From the IMG/VR virus record IMGVR_UViG_3300032214_001145, positions 1 to 60,679 of that record: a stretch of DNA of 60,679 nucleotides; one strand, 5' to 3'. Position numbers and translations under genes: made by a program. This document shows positions 1 to 10,669 of the stretch, one piece after another. Source of the DNA: a virus. Lineage: Duplodnaviria > Caudoviricetes. The notes under the pieces were generated by a model. The model had not been told where the DNA came from, ran no database searches, and saw only the letters and a program-made list of their open reading frames with translations. Within the stretch, counting starts at the first letter, position 1. Each line of letters opens with the position of its first letter.

Positions 1-1044
1 GTTGTGTTGTTTACAAAAGAACAAGCCGAAAGAACTAATGGTTATTCAAATGATTATTGGGACTGGGGTCAAGAAGATGATGATCTTTTTTGGAGATGCT
101 ATTTTGAAGATATGACAACCGGAAGAACAATTAAAACAGAAAAAAATAAAACGGTGGCTAAATTTGATGGTGAAACATCAGCAATTTTTATTCCCACAAA
201 TAGAGAGATTAGTTCATGTCTTCATAATGACCATACAATCACTTTAACATTTAATGCAGAACAGCAAGATGAAAAAGTGCCTATATGGTTGGTTGGTGAC
301 GAGAACAAACAATTTATCGAATACCCTATTTTAAGAAAAGATGGGAGTTGGACTTGGGGTCTTTCTTTTAATAATTCCAGAGCGGTTACAATGAATGTGT
401 TTGATCGAACTAATATGAGACATTATAACTGGGCAAAAAGATACGAGGGAATGTGGACACAGGTTACACTTAGTTATAATAGTGAAGAAAAGAAAGCGTA
501 TTTTTATGTTAACGATGAATTGGTTTGCCAAATGAATGGTATAAAAGAAAACATCCCTTTCCCAATTAATAACGATTTAAAAACACATGACGCAATTAAA
601 CCATTTATACTCGGATTTTGTCCACACACCAACACCAGATACAAGGGTAAGATATCTGATTTTAAAATATATAATAAGTTTTTTAATGACATAAACGAGA
701 TATCTAAAAATACTGAAAACGTTGTTTTAGATTTTAATTTAAATGATGAAAACGGAGTTAAACAAAATGTTCAAATATTAAATGAAGATATTGAAATCAT
801 TGAAAACGTGGTTCCTTTTAGAAGAGATGGTCGTTTTTATTGCTTACCACATATTGATGAAGGTTTTATAAATGGTAAATGGGCTAAGGGCGAAACTACA
901 GCAAGAAATGAAAAACGTTTTGTTACAGAAATGCAACAAAGAAAAATAGATTATAAAAAAGACGGGTTGAATAATCTTAATTTTAAATTAGTTAAAACGG
1001 TAATGTTTGCCGATAATTGTAAAATGTATAATGTAACACTATGA
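1..1044 (+). CDS. 5'-truncated GT7 (beta-1,4-galactosyltransferase-like) glycosyltransferase with an inserted LamG/concanavalin-like domain
   Basis: NGYSNDYWDWGQEDDDLFWR matches the GT7 C-terminal motif; ends KDGLNNLNFKL..YNVTL as beta4GalT does; central WTQVTLSYN..YFYVND..YKGKISDFKIYN is LamG-like. The frame is open from the window edge. Confidence 0.7.
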   Translation, partial: VVLFTKEQAERTNGYSNDYWDWGQEDDDLFWRCYFEDMTTGRTIKTEKNKTVAKFDGETSAIFIPTNREISSCLHNDHTITLTFNAEQQDEKVPIWLVGDENKQFIEYPILRKDGSWTWGLSFNNSRAVTMNVFDRTNMRHYNWAKRYEGMWTQVTLSYNSEEKKAYFYVNDELVCQMNGIKENIPFPINNDLKTHDAIKPFILGFCPHTNTRYKGKISDFKIYNKFFNDINEISKNTENVVLDFNLNDENGVKQNVQILNEDIEIIENVVPFRRDGRFYCLPHIDEGFINGKWAKGETTARNEKRFVTEMQQRKIDYKKDGLNNLNFKLVKTVMFADNCKMYNVTL

Positions 1045-2414
1045 GTCAAAACTTTGATCAAACCAGAGACAAATTAAACACCGTTGGGTGTGGATTCTGC
1101 TTAGCAAAGTGGACTCAGGTAACCATGCACCTACAAACCGGATTAAATCACTCTTGTCACCATCCGTCTGTGCATAAGATACCTTTAACAGAAATTCAAC
1201 GAAATCCGAAGGCGTTACATAACACCAAATATAAAAAACAAAAAAGAAAAGAAATGCTTGAGGGTGGTCGCCCTAGTGAATGTGAATATTGTTGGAATAT
1301 CGAAGACAATTCTAATTCACATTCAGATAGAACATACAAATCTTCTGAACCATGGTCCGCGCCACACTTTGATGAGATAGCCAATTCTGATTGGAGAGAA
1401 GATTTCAATCCAAGATATGTTGAGGTTAGTTTTTCGAACACATGTAATTTTAAATGTTCTTATTGTGGGCCAGCATATTCATCACAGTGGTTTCAAGAAG
1501 TTAAACAACACGGACCATATGTAAATAACTTTGGTTCATTGGATGATTTAAAATTAAATGATTCATTACCAATTTTACATGGTGAGTTTAACCCATATGT
1601 GGAAGCATTTTGGTCTTGGTGGCCAGAACTATATAGAGATCTTAATACATTCAGAATTACTGGCGGAGAGCCATTGTTATCGAAAGATACGTGGGCTGTA
1701 TTAGATTATATTATTAATCAACCAGAACCCAATAGAGAATTAAAATTTGCTATCAATTCTAATCTTGGAGTTACTGATGATTTAATTGACAAGTTGATTA
1801 ATAAATTGGAAAGAATAATCGATGAAGATAGAGTTAAAGAAATCATTTTATTCACATCAATTGATTCGTTTGGTGAGCAAGCGGAATATATTAGACATGG
1901 ATTAGATACTAGTCGTTTTTGGGGTAATATTGATAAACTATTATCGAGACTACCAAAGTTAACAATTACTATAATGTCAACATATAACTTAATGAGCCCA
2001 TTTGGTTATAATAAGTTGATTAACAAAGTATACGAGATAAAAAAACAACATACTAATCCACATAGATATTGGCAACACCCAATATTACTTGACACATCTT
2101 ATTTAAGATTCCCAAGACATCAAAGTGTTAGATTATTGTATCCTGAGCATAAAGAGTTGATTTTAAAAAACGCGGAGGAAGCTCTTTTTTTAGGTGTTCC
2201 TATATTTGATAATTTGCACATGGGAATGACTGAAGTTGAAACAAGTAAAATTAAAAGAATTTATGATTGGTCAACAAGCGGGGCACCAAATTACGATTTA
2301 CATGAAGATAGAAGATCGTTTGTTAAATTTGTTGATGAACATGATAAAAGACGTGGAACTGATTTTCTAAAAACATTTCCAGAATTAGAAGAATTTTATA
2401 AAAAACATAAATAA
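1041..2414 (+). CDS. Radical SAM protein with N-terminal twitch/SPASM-like Cys cluster
   Basis: CNFKCSYC (CxxxCxxC), TGGEP; N-terminal CLAKW..SCHH..CEYCW. Confidence 0.9.
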   Translation: MSQNFDQTRDKLNTVGCGFCLAKWTQVTMHLQTGLNHSCHHPSVHKIPLTEIQRNPKALHNTKYKKQKRKEMLEGGRPSECEYCWNIEDNSNSHSDRTYKSSEPWSAPHFDEIANSDWREDFNPRYVEVSFSNTCNFKCSYCGPAYSSQWFQEVKQHGPYVNNFGSLDDLKLNDSLPILHGEFNPYVEAFWSWWPELYRDLNTFRITGGEPLLSKDTWAVLDYIINQPEPNRELKFAINSNLGVTDDLIDKLINKLERIIDEDRVKEIILFTSIDSFGEQAEYIRHGLDTSRFWGNIDKLLSRLPKLTITIMSTYNLMSPFGYNKLINKVYEIKKQHTNPHRYWQHPILLDTSYLRFPRHQSVRLLYPEHKELILKNAEEALFLGVPIFDNLHMGMTEVETSKIKRIYDWSTSGAPNYDLHEDRRSFVKFVDEHDKRRGTDFLKTFPELEEFYKKHK

Positions 2415-2416
2415 TC

Positions 2417-3319
2417 ATGTTATACTCTAAAGAAAAAGAGACTAATTTCACTTCACATATAATAGCACACGATATTTTAAAAAAATTTGATTCTAATAAT
2501 CGATTAGTATTCAGTACAACATGGACAAGCCCAGAAGATTTAGAAATAGTTAGTGATTATATACAAAAAAACCCAAATAATAGGGTTTTAATTGTTTCCA
2601 CATTCGATCAGGATTTATACTTAAATTTTATTCACGATAATGTGACTCACATTAATTGTAATGATTTTTGTTTTTGGTTATTAGTTATTGAAAAGCATTT
2701 TATAAAATACGATGTTGAATCGGTTTTACCAGAAAAACTAATAAACAAATTCATAACATATCAACGAAAAGTTTATGATGAAAGAACACTATTATATGAG
2801 TCATTAAAAGACAAACAAGGAATTATAACAATTGGAAATAAAACATTTGATAGTATAAATATTAATTTACCCGATCACCCCGGATATAATGAAATTGGGG
2901 GGGATATTACAACAGCAAATGATATCTATTCTTTAGGTAATATTGATATTTGGAAGTCATCTTTTCTTAACATTGTTGTTGAGACAACACAAGATTTAAA
3001 AAAACCAACACCATTTTTTAGTGAGAAAACCTTTAAACCAATTATTGGGATGCGTCCATTTATTGCATATGGTCATCCTAAAACAACACAAAAGTTAAAA
3101 GAAATGGGGTTTGAAACGTTTGATGATGACTTTGGTTATAAACAAACAGATGATTATGGTGAAAACGCAAAAAGAATTATTGATGTTATCGATTCTTTGG
3201 GTGATTTAGATTCTCTTTATAAAAAATTATATCCCAAGATATTACATAATAAAAATGTTTTAAATCAAGTAATAAAAAACGAGTGGAATAAATTAGAAAC
3301 ACTAATTAATAATATATGA
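2417..3319 (+). CDS. Putative GT-B glycosyltransferase-like protein (GT10-like C-terminal motif)
   Basis: NIVVET..FFSEKTFKPIIGMRPF resembles the E-N..Y.TEK motif of GT10; paralogous to 8089..9471. Confidence 0.45.
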   Translation: MLYSKEKETNFTSHIIAHDILKKFDSNNRLVFSTTWTSPEDLEIVSDYIQKNPNNRVLIVSTFDQDLYLNFIHDNVTHINCNDFCFWLLVIEKHFIKYDVESVLPEKLINKFITYQRKVYDERTLLYESLKDKQGIITIGNKTFDSININLPDHPGYNEIGGDITTANDIYSLGNIDIWKSSFLNIVVETTQDLKKPTPFFSEKTFKPIIGMRPFIAYGHPKTTQKLKEMGFETFDDDFGYKQTDDYGENAKRIIDVIDSLGDLDSLYKKLYPKILHNKNVLNQVIKNEWNKLETLINNI

Positions 3320-3975
3320 TAATAAAAGAAGAAGAACCGTGGCTTTTGTGGCCCAATGAGGTGTCTTATGGATTAAATAAGGGAGATATAATGGATACAT
3401 TTGAGGGTGAGGATTTTACCATCTCAATGCGTTTAAAAATATTAACTAAAACACCCCATAAACGCACAATTTTCGCCAAATTACCCAACTATATGGGTAT
3501 TGATATTGAAAAAGAAAATAACAATTTATTGCTGATTTTAAACCTAACAAAAAATGGTGAAGAAAAATGGGAATTTTTGTTTTCTGATTTAACATTAGGG
3601 TATGATGTTAATTTTTTGACATTGTATTATAAAAAAGAAACCAAGAAGGTTGAATTATATATAAATGATTCATTAGCAGTAGAATACACATTAAAAGAAG
3701 ATGAAGAATTTACAAAGGGTAATGAACCACACGTCATTTTTGGGGCGGGTAATTTTCCGCATAATGGATTCAATTTAAATTATTGTTCATATGATCTAGA
3801 CTATTTGATTATTGCCAAAAAATGTGTATCTTTAAGTGATATTAAAGGTTTATATAATGGTGAAATTCAGAGCGTTGATGGAGTTGTTGGTTTGTACGAT
3901 TTCACTAAAAAAACAGATTATAAAATTTACGATTTAACAGGTAACTGTAATTTCATTCATAAAATTTTAAATTAA
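3316..3975 (+). CDS. LamG/concanavalin A-like domain protein
   Basis: DFTISMRLK..VELYIND..VVGLYDF..IYDLTGNCN beta-sandwich pattern. Confidence 0.55.
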   Translation: MIIKEEEPWLLWPNEVSYGLNKGDIMDTFEGEDFTISMRLKILTKTPHKRTIFAKLPNYMGIDIEKENNNLLLILNLTKNGEEKWEFLFSDLTLGYDVNFLTLYYKKETKKVELYINDSLAVEYTLKEDEEFTKGNEPHVIFGAGNFPHNGFNLNYCSYDLDYLIIAKKCVSLSDIKGLYNGEIQSVDGVVGLYDFTKKTDYKIYDLTGNCNFIHKILN

Positions 3976-3980
3976 AAAAG

Positions 3981-5549
3981 ATGGGTATAATAGCAAAAAA
4001 GCATGATGAATCATACCAAGAGTATAGAGATCGTGTTGTAAATAAAGTTTCACCAGCATTTTGCGGTGCTAAATGGTATAATGCAACTATATGGTTAGGT
4101 AATGGTACAACGGCTAGTTGTCATCACCCACCAGCGCATAAAATTCCTCTTGAAGAAGTGGCGATGAATCATAAAGCGATTCATAATACTCAATATAAGA
4201 AATTGATTAGAAAACAGATGCTTGAAGGTGAAAGACCTAAAGAGTGTGAATACTGTTGGAAGATCGAAGACATGGGTGAGGATAAAATCTCTGATAGAGT
4301 TTTTAAATCTGTTATCTATAGTGATGAAGAATTGGAACAATGTAAAGCATTGTATGGTTGGGAAAAAGATGTTGATCTAAGAACATTAGAGATCGCTTTC
4401 GACCCTAACTGTAATTTTGCTTGCTCTTATTGTAACGCTTCATTCTCAACAACTTGGCAAAACGATATCAAGAAGAATGGACCGTATCAAAACTTAGTTA
4501 GTGACGGTGCAGCAGCATTTCAACACGATGGTGGACATGCTATGCCGTATGGTAAAAAGAATGAAGGTAACCCATATGTTGAGGCGTTCTGGAAATGGTG
4601 GGAAGGTGAATTACAACACACTTTAAGAGAGCTTCGTGTAACTGGTGGAGAACCAACCATGTCACAAGATTTCTGGAAGTTAATGAAATGGTGGGAGCAA
4701 CATCCGGAATGTAATGTTGAGTTTGCTATGAATTCTAATTTAGGTCAAAAGCAAGAACTATTTGAAGAATTACTTAAAGCAACACATAGCTTTAAAAACT
4801 TCCATTTATATACAAGCTGTGAAGCGACTGGATCTAATGCAGAATACATTAGAGATGGTTTAGTTTGGGAGAAGTGGTTGGTTAACATGGATAGATTATT
4901 AGGTGAGGGTAAAGTAACATCACTTAACTGCATGATGACAATTAATGCATTGTGTTTATTTACATTACCAGAATTTATGGATGAAATGCTTAAGTTAAAA
5001 GTTAAGTATAAAACACAGTCACCTGTTTGTTCATTTAATATTCTTCGTTTTCCATCTTTCCAATCAATTGTAACCTTACCAAAGGAGATCAGATTAGAAA
5101 GAGCAGATGCGATTGAAGCTTGGATTAATAAAAACTGGAACAACGGAGAGAATGGATTTATTGAGTGGGAAAAAGATAGCATGACTCGTTTAGTAACATA
5201 TCTTAGAGAAATCGAAGAAGGCCACAGACATACGTCATCTAAAGAAAGTAGAGAAAGAGATTTCAAATCATTCTACACTCAATATGATATTCGTAGAAAT
5301 AAAAATTTTGTTGAAACATTCCCGATCTTAAAAGAATGGTTTGATTCAATTCCAATGACTAATCTTGAACAACTCAAAGGTGTTGTGGATGGTGACGACG
5401 CTAAGTCAAATCGTTATGTTGATGAGGTTATGGACACAGCCAAGAAAGAAGGTTGGATATTAAATCCACAATGGGCTAATCCTGGCGCACAAGATTATGT
5501 TGAACCAGATCAACAAGATGAGATGTTAGATTATATTAAAAACAATTAG
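3981..5549 (+). CDS. Radical SAM protein with N-terminal twitch-like domain (paralogue of 1041..2414)
   Basis: CNFACSYC, TGGEP, CGAKW..SCHHPPAHKIP..CEYCW. Confidence 0.9.
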   Translation: MGIIAKKHDESYQEYRDRVVNKVSPAFCGAKWYNATIWLGNGTTASCHHPPAHKIPLEEVAMNHKAIHNTQYKKLIRKQMLEGERPKECEYCWKIEDMGEDKISDRVFKSVIYSDEELEQCKALYGWEKDVDLRTLEIAFDPNCNFACSYCNASFSTTWQNDIKKNGPYQNLVSDGAAAFQHDGGHAMPYGKKNEGNPYVEAFWKWWEGELQHTLRELRVTGGEPTMSQDFWKLMKWWEQHPECNVEFAMNSNLGQKQELFEELLKATHSFKNFHLYTSCEATGSNAEYIRDGLVWEKWLVNMDRLLGEGKVTSLNCMMTINALCLFTLPEFMDEMLKLKVKYKTQSPVCSFNILRFPSFQSIVTLPKEIRLERADAIEAWINKNWNNGENGFIEWEKDSMTRLVTYLREIEEGHRHTSSKESRERDFKSFYTQYDIRRNKNFVETFPILKEWFDSIPMTNLEQLKGVVDGDDAKSNRYVDEVMDTAKKEGWILNPQWANPGAQDYVEPDQQDEMLDYIKNN

Positions 5550-5550
5550 G

Positions 5551-6903
5551 ATGAAGATAAAACCATCAGAGGGTAACAAAACATTTTGCATGGCTCCATT
5601 TAGTCACACATATCTCTCACCACAAAGTGAGAGACGTTTGTGTTGTGCTAGTAGAGAGAAAGCATCATGGGCAACACAATATATCGATGCTGAGAGAGCT
5701 GATAATAATTCTGATTATCATCCTGCTGCGTTATCCGAACATTGGAATAGTCCATATATGATGGATATTAGGAAACGTTTAATGGCTGGTGAAGAAATAC
5801 CACAGTGTGATGTTTGCAATCAAAAGATATTAAACATTCATATCTATCGAGATTATTTCACCAAAACCTTATTTCCCCATAAAATTGATGAGGCGTTTGA
5901 AAAAACAAGAGATGATGGTTATACTGAATTGAAACCAATTTCATTTGATTATAGAATAACCAATCTATGCAACTTTAAATGTAGAATGTGCGGTGACCAA
6001 CTATCATCATCATGGGAAGCCGAAAACAGAATGATGGGTCATTATGACAAAGGTGGAGATGCATGGGCCACAAAAGAATTTAAACCAGTCATTGAAAAAT
6101 TCCAAACAGAGGTTGCTGAGAAAGAATTATGGGACGCTGTTTATGATGGAAGAATTGAAGAAATTTATTGGGTTGGTGGAGAACCATTGATGTGGGATAT
6201 TCATTGGGACGTTATGAAATATCTTGTTGAAACCGGCGGTTCAAAAAACGTAACAGTTCGTTACAACACAAACTTAAGCCGTGTTCGTTATAAAGAACAT
6301 TATCTATATGATTACCTTCCACATTTCAAGAGCGTTCAAATTTGTGCAAGTATTGATGGTATTGGTGACATTGTAGAATATGTTCGTCATGGTATTAAAT
6401 GGGATCAATGGTTACAGAATTTTAAAGAGGGGTTGTTCCTAAATAAAATGTATGGTAGCTATGCAACTGCATTTGATTTAACGGTAACAGCGCCAGGTTT
6501 ATTCTCTATGAAAGAAATGATTGATATTACTGCTGAACTTGATGTTCATACGCTGATAAAAACAACATTCTCCTTTGATAGTAGCATTGTTATGTCTCCA
6601 ATGGTTATACCTAGACATATATTAAATCCAATCTTAGATGACATTATTGAATATGCAAAGGAGAAAGCCAAAACATATCCAAAAATAGAAAATTATGTGA
6701 TTTGTTTTGAAGATATTAAAAAGAAAAAAACATTTCAAGAAGAATATCCTGAATGGGAAAAAGGTTTGATACAAGGTAAAAAAAGATTAATGAAAATTGA
6801 TCTACATAGAAATAACGCGGGTAAAATTGAAGAAATATATTCAAAATATCCACCACTATTGGAATGGTGGAATAGCATTCCAGTAAAAGACAATGTCATA
6901 TGA
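5551..6903 (+). CDS. Radical SAM protein with N-terminal twitch-like domain
   Basis: CNFKCRMC, VGGEP, FCMAPF..LCC..CDVC. Confidence 0.9.
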   Translation: MKIKPSEGNKTFCMAPFSHTYLSPQSERRLCCASREKASWATQYIDAERADNNSDYHPAALSEHWNSPYMMDIRKRLMAGEEIPQCDVCNQKILNIHIYRDYFTKTLFPHKIDEAFEKTRDDGYTELKPISFDYRITNLCNFKCRMCGDQLSSSWEAENRMMGHYDKGGDAWATKEFKPVIEKFQTEVAEKELWDAVYDGRIEEIYWVGGEPLMWDIHWDVMKYLVETGGSKNVTVRYNTNLSRVRYKEHYLYDYLPHFKSVQICASIDGIGDIVEYVRHGIKWDQWLQNFKEGLFLNKMYGSYATAFDLTVTAPGLFSMKEMIDITAELDVHTLIKTTFSFDSSIVMSPMVIPRHILNPILDDIIEYAKEKAKTYPKIENYVICFEDIKKKKTFQEEYPEWEKGLIQGKKRLMKIDLHRNNAGKIEEIYSKYPPLLEWWNSIPVKDNVI

Positions 6904-8114
6904 TAGATAATGAAGAATTTGATGGTAAATCATTTTGTGCGTTACCATTTATACATTTAGCAACTCATCCAATAGGTACAGTTACACCTTGTTGTATAAC
7001 TGATATGACAGATGATATGAGTACCGCCAAGAAAGGTGGGTTAAATGTTTTTCTAGATAAAGATTCGTTAGTTGACATCACTAACTCTAATAATTTTAAT
7101 AATATTAGAAAGCAAATGCTTAATAGTGAATTCCCGGCTGAATGTAAAACTTGTTATTTCCATGAGAAAAACAAAGTTTACAGTAAACGAATGGAAAGTA
7201 ATTTAAAGTTCAAACATTTATTTGAACACGCACATTCAAACACCAATCCGGATGGATCATTAAAAGAATTGGATTATAGATATATCGAATTAAGATTAGG
7301 TACTGTTTGTAATTTGAAATGTGTAACCTGTAATCCATTTAGTAGTAATAGATGGAACGAGGACGTTTCTGTTTTCAAGGACACTGAATTCGAAAAGAAC
7401 TATTTTAAATGTGATATTAGAACCGAGTGGTTTAGAAGTACTAGATTCTATGATGAGCTATATGAGAAATGCCCCAAATTAGAGGAGGTATGGATTAATG
7501 GAGGTGAGCCCACATTAATTAGAGAACATGGTTATTTCCTACAGAAATTAATAGATAGTGGTAGATCCAAAGATATTAATCTACACTATTCAATTAACAT
7601 GACACAAATGCCAGACGAATTTATTGAGATGTGGAAGAAGTTTAAACATGTTAGACTACATCTTTCAATTGATGATCTGGGTGAGAGAAATGATTATATT
7701 AGAACTGGGTCTAAATGGCCAGTAATTTTTGATAACTTCTTGAAAATCATTGAGTTCAAAGATATTTTTAGAATTGAAGTTTGTCAAACTGTTAGTTGTT
7801 TAAATGTTTATAATATAGACAACTTTAAAGAATTCACAAACAAGTATAATGTGATTGTTGCGCATAACTATGTTCATCACCCATCATTTATGCACGTTTC
7901 TGTTCTACCAAAAGAGATAAAAGATAAAATAATTTCAAATATTAAGCATTTAAATAATTTTGAATTAGACAGGTTAAAAGCCGAATTATATGCTGAAATA
8001 GATCCGCTGGAATTTGATAAATTCAAGAATTTTATTTATCTTCTAGATAAAAAGAGAAACGTAGAAATACGTAATTATTTAAAAGAATATGGAGAATTTT
8101 TATTTTGGGATTGA
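6900..8114 (+). CDS. Radical SAM protein with N-terminal twitch-like domain
   Basis: CNLKCVTC, NGGEP, FCALPF..PCC..CKTC. Confidence 0.9.
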   Translation: MIDNEEFDGKSFCALPFIHLATHPIGTVTPCCITDMTDDMSTAKKGGLNVFLDKDSLVDITNSNNFNNIRKQMLNSEFPAECKTCYFHEKNKVYSKRMESNLKFKHLFEHAHSNTNPDGSLKELDYRYIELRLGTVCNLKCVTCNPFSSNRWNEDVSVFKDTEFEKNYFKCDIRTEWFRSTRFYDELYEKCPKLEEVWINGGEPTLIREHGYFLQKLIDSGRSKDINLHYSINMTQMPDEFIEMWKKFKHVRLHLSIDDLGERNDYIRTGSKWPVIFDNFLKIIEFKDIFRIEVCQTVSCLNVYNIDNFKEFTNKYNVIVAHNYVHHPSFMHVSVLPKEIKDKIISNIKHLNNFELDRLKAELYAEIDPLEFDKFKNFIYLLDKKRNVEIRNYLKEYGEFLFWD

Positions 8115-9471
8115 GGACTATTGTCAAATCGTGTTTCACGGAACCGAAGAAGATGATGAGCGATTTGAGTGGTTTGCCAATAACAAAAGAGTTTTATTAA
8201 AAAATGGCTTTGGTTTAGAATCAATTATTGAAGAAAATGAAGAAATTTTCAATATTGAAAACGAGCCAAAATATTTTGAATTAATCTATAGAGAAAAATC
8301 TAGATACTTTAGAAAGTTAAGATTGAGTAGCTATATGATGAATAAGTTTTCATTGTCTCAGCATTTTGTGCTTATTGATGATCTAATCAGAGATAATAAA
8401 AAATTCTTTTTTTTAATAGACTGTGGTGATTATCTAAAACTATCTGACATTGTTTTAAGTGACGTTGTTTTAAATTCTGTACGTAATGGTATGTGTAAAA
8501 TTGTTCTTAACACATCTTATGAACCATATAGTATTGAGCAAATGAATTTTGTTAGTCTTCTTGAAAACTTTTCACGCAAGTTTGATTTAAATTACAATAA
8601 CTTAAAAGTTATTTCAGGAAACTTGATTGTTAGAAATCACACTGATAGACGATATGAATTCATACCGTATTGTTATTTTTTAGAGCACCCTTGGTTTGTT
8701 GTTAAAGACGCATTTTTCGGTGAAAAATATTACAACGAAAAAATTGAAGAGATAAAGAAACAACATCAAGAGTTTAAAGCAAAATACATTGGAATAAACA
8801 GGAATATAACATCTTTTAGTAAAAAGATTCTTTGTTATAATAGAAGACCACACGCACATAGAAAGTACCTATTTTATTACTTATTCCATGATAAAAACAT
8901 ATGGGATAACTCCTATATAAGTTTGAATAATAAAAATGTGGGTAAAACAGTACCATATAGATATGACTTTGGTATTTCAGAAGAAGAACATGAAACGTTA
9001 AATTCTTTTTTTAAAACAAATCAGTTAAGTTGGACATTTGATGGGCATGATCTAGATATAAATCTAGCATCAAACTTTGAAGATGAATACCATAAAAAAA
9101 CTTTTGTTTCTTTAGTTAGTGAAACAAGCGTAAATGCGAATGTTGTATTCTTTTCTGAAAAGATATTTAAACCAATTTTTGCTTGCCAACCTTTTATCAT
9201 ATCAGGAAATAGAGGTAGTCTTGTGCATTTAAAAAATCTTGGATTTAAGACATTCGATAGATGGTGGGACGAAAGTTATGATATGGAATATACCTTTCCG
9301 GCTAGAGTAAAAAAAATGACTAAGATACTAAATGATATCATTAAAAAAAGTGATGAAGAATTGGTTCAAATGTTACAGGAAATGGAAGAAACTCTAATCC
9401 ATAATTTTGATGTGTTTATGGAAAATGAGAATGAATATTTTTATAAAACATTTGAATCTATAAAATTTTAA
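8089..9471 (+). CDS. Putative GT-B glycosyltransferase-like protein (GT10-like motif)
   Basis: CYNRRPHAHR..SLVSET..FFSEKIFKPIFACQPF..GFKTFDRWWDESYD. Confidence 0.45.
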   Translation: MENFYFGIEDYCQIVFHGTEEDDERFEWFANNKRVLLKNGFGLESIIEENEEIFNIENEPKYFELIYREKSRYFRKLRLSSYMMNKFSLSQHFVLIDDLIRDNKKFFFLIDCGDYLKLSDIVLSDVVLNSVRNGMCKIVLNTSYEPYSIEQMNFVSLLENFSRKFDLNYNNLKVISGNLIVRNHTDRRYEFIPYCYFLEHPWFVVKDAFFGEKYYNEKIEEIKKQHQEFKAKYIGINRNITSFSKKILCYNRRPHAHRKYLFYYLFHDKNIWDNSYISLNNKNVGKTVPYRYDFGISEEEHETLNSFFKTNQLSWTFDGHDLDINLASNFEDEYHKKTFVSLVSETSVNANVVFFSEKIFKPIFACQPFIISGNRGSLVHLKNLGFKTFDRWWDESYDMEYTFPARVKKMTKILNDIIKKSDEELVQMLQEMEETLIHNFDVFMENENEYFYKTFESIKF

Positions 9472-9472
9472 T

Positions 9473-10666
9473 ATGATTACCAAAACTAGTTTAATACGTG
9501 ATATCGACTTTGAAATTTCATCTTTATGCAACGCTGGATGTAGCGTTTGTATGAGAAGACGTGAGGGTCATTATACTGAATTTACACAAACCTATTGGTC
9601 GGTGGATGAAGTTAAAAGAGTATTGGACGAAGATATCATAAAAAATTTACTTGGCTTTAATGTCTGTGGTAATTTTGGGGACGCTATGGCTAATCCAGAT
9701 GTTGTTGATATCATTGAATGGGTTAGATCAATAAATCCTAAGTGTTCAATAAACATAAGAACGAATGGTGGGGTTGGTGATCCGGATCAATACATAAGAT
9801 TAGCGCAACTCAATGTGATGATTAGTTTTGGGATTGATGGTACGGGAGACACCAATGAATTATATCGTGTAAATGTTAAATGGGATAAGTTAAACGAGAA
9901 TGTAGAAGCTTTCTCAAAACATGCACAACCGTGGCAAAAAGAGTTGCAATTTTTATTATGGAATGAGACTATTGATCAAATTATTCCAATACTAGATTAT
10001 GCTGAAAAACATGATTTTGGTAGGGTTTATTTAAGAAAGCCATATACAATTGGAGAGTATACCGAGGTTTTTGATATGAAAGGTAAAAGCACACATTTTT
10101 TAACAGAAATAACTGACCCACAACTATCATTTATAAGTGAAACACATTGGGACAAGGGAACTTTTATTGGGCTAAAAGAAAAAATATCAAAGCTCGAATT
10201 AAAGATGAACCCAATTAAACTATCTAATTTAAAAGTAAAACCAAAAATATATAGTGAAGCTAATGAGTATCAATATACTGAATTCACATTTGATCAAAAA
10301 GAATTAGATACTGTTAAAGATAAAACAAAACAAACTTGTTTTTCAAAAAATAGAGAAAATGTTTTTGATCTTAAAAATAGCTTTTATAATGTTTATATAA
10401 CACACAATAAGTTATTAATGCCGTGTTGTATGATCCCACCATACATTTCAAACTCTCTTACACACTCATCCGGTAATGAGTTTGGGAATCAAAAAGAAAT
10501 TTTAAATAGAATTTCTAAAATTGGTGTTGATAATTTTAGTTTAAAAAACAAAACACTCAGAGAAGTTATGGATAGTGGGGTTCTTGATGAGTTTGTTTAC
10601 AATGATCTAGAAAATAATAAACCATTTTTACTTTGCAAACAACATTGCGGTAGATGTGACATATAA
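9473..10666 (+). CDS. Radical SAM protein with C-terminal SPASM/twitch-like cysteines
   Basis: CNAGCSVC, CGNFGD, RTNG; C-terminal PCC..CKQHC. Confidence 0.85.
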   Translation: MITKTSLIRDIDFEISSLCNAGCSVCMRRREGHYTEFTQTYWSVDEVKRVLDEDIIKNLLGFNVCGNFGDAMANPDVVDIIEWVRSINPKCSINIRTNGGVGDPDQYIRLAQLNVMISFGIDGTGDTNELYRVNVKWDKLNENVEAFSKHAQPWQKELQFLLWNETIDQIIPILDYAEKHDFGRVYLRKPYTIGEYTEVFDMKGKSTHFLTEITDPQLSFISETHWDKGTFIGLKEKISKLELKMNPIKLSNLKVKPKIYSEANEYQYTEFTFDQKELDTVKDKTKQTCFSKNRENVFDLKNSFYNVYITHNKLLMPCCMIPPYISNSLTHSSGNEFGNQKEILNRISKIGVDNFSLKNKTLREVMDSGVLDEFVYNDLENNKPFLLCKQHCGRCDI

Positions 10667-10669
10667 TTT

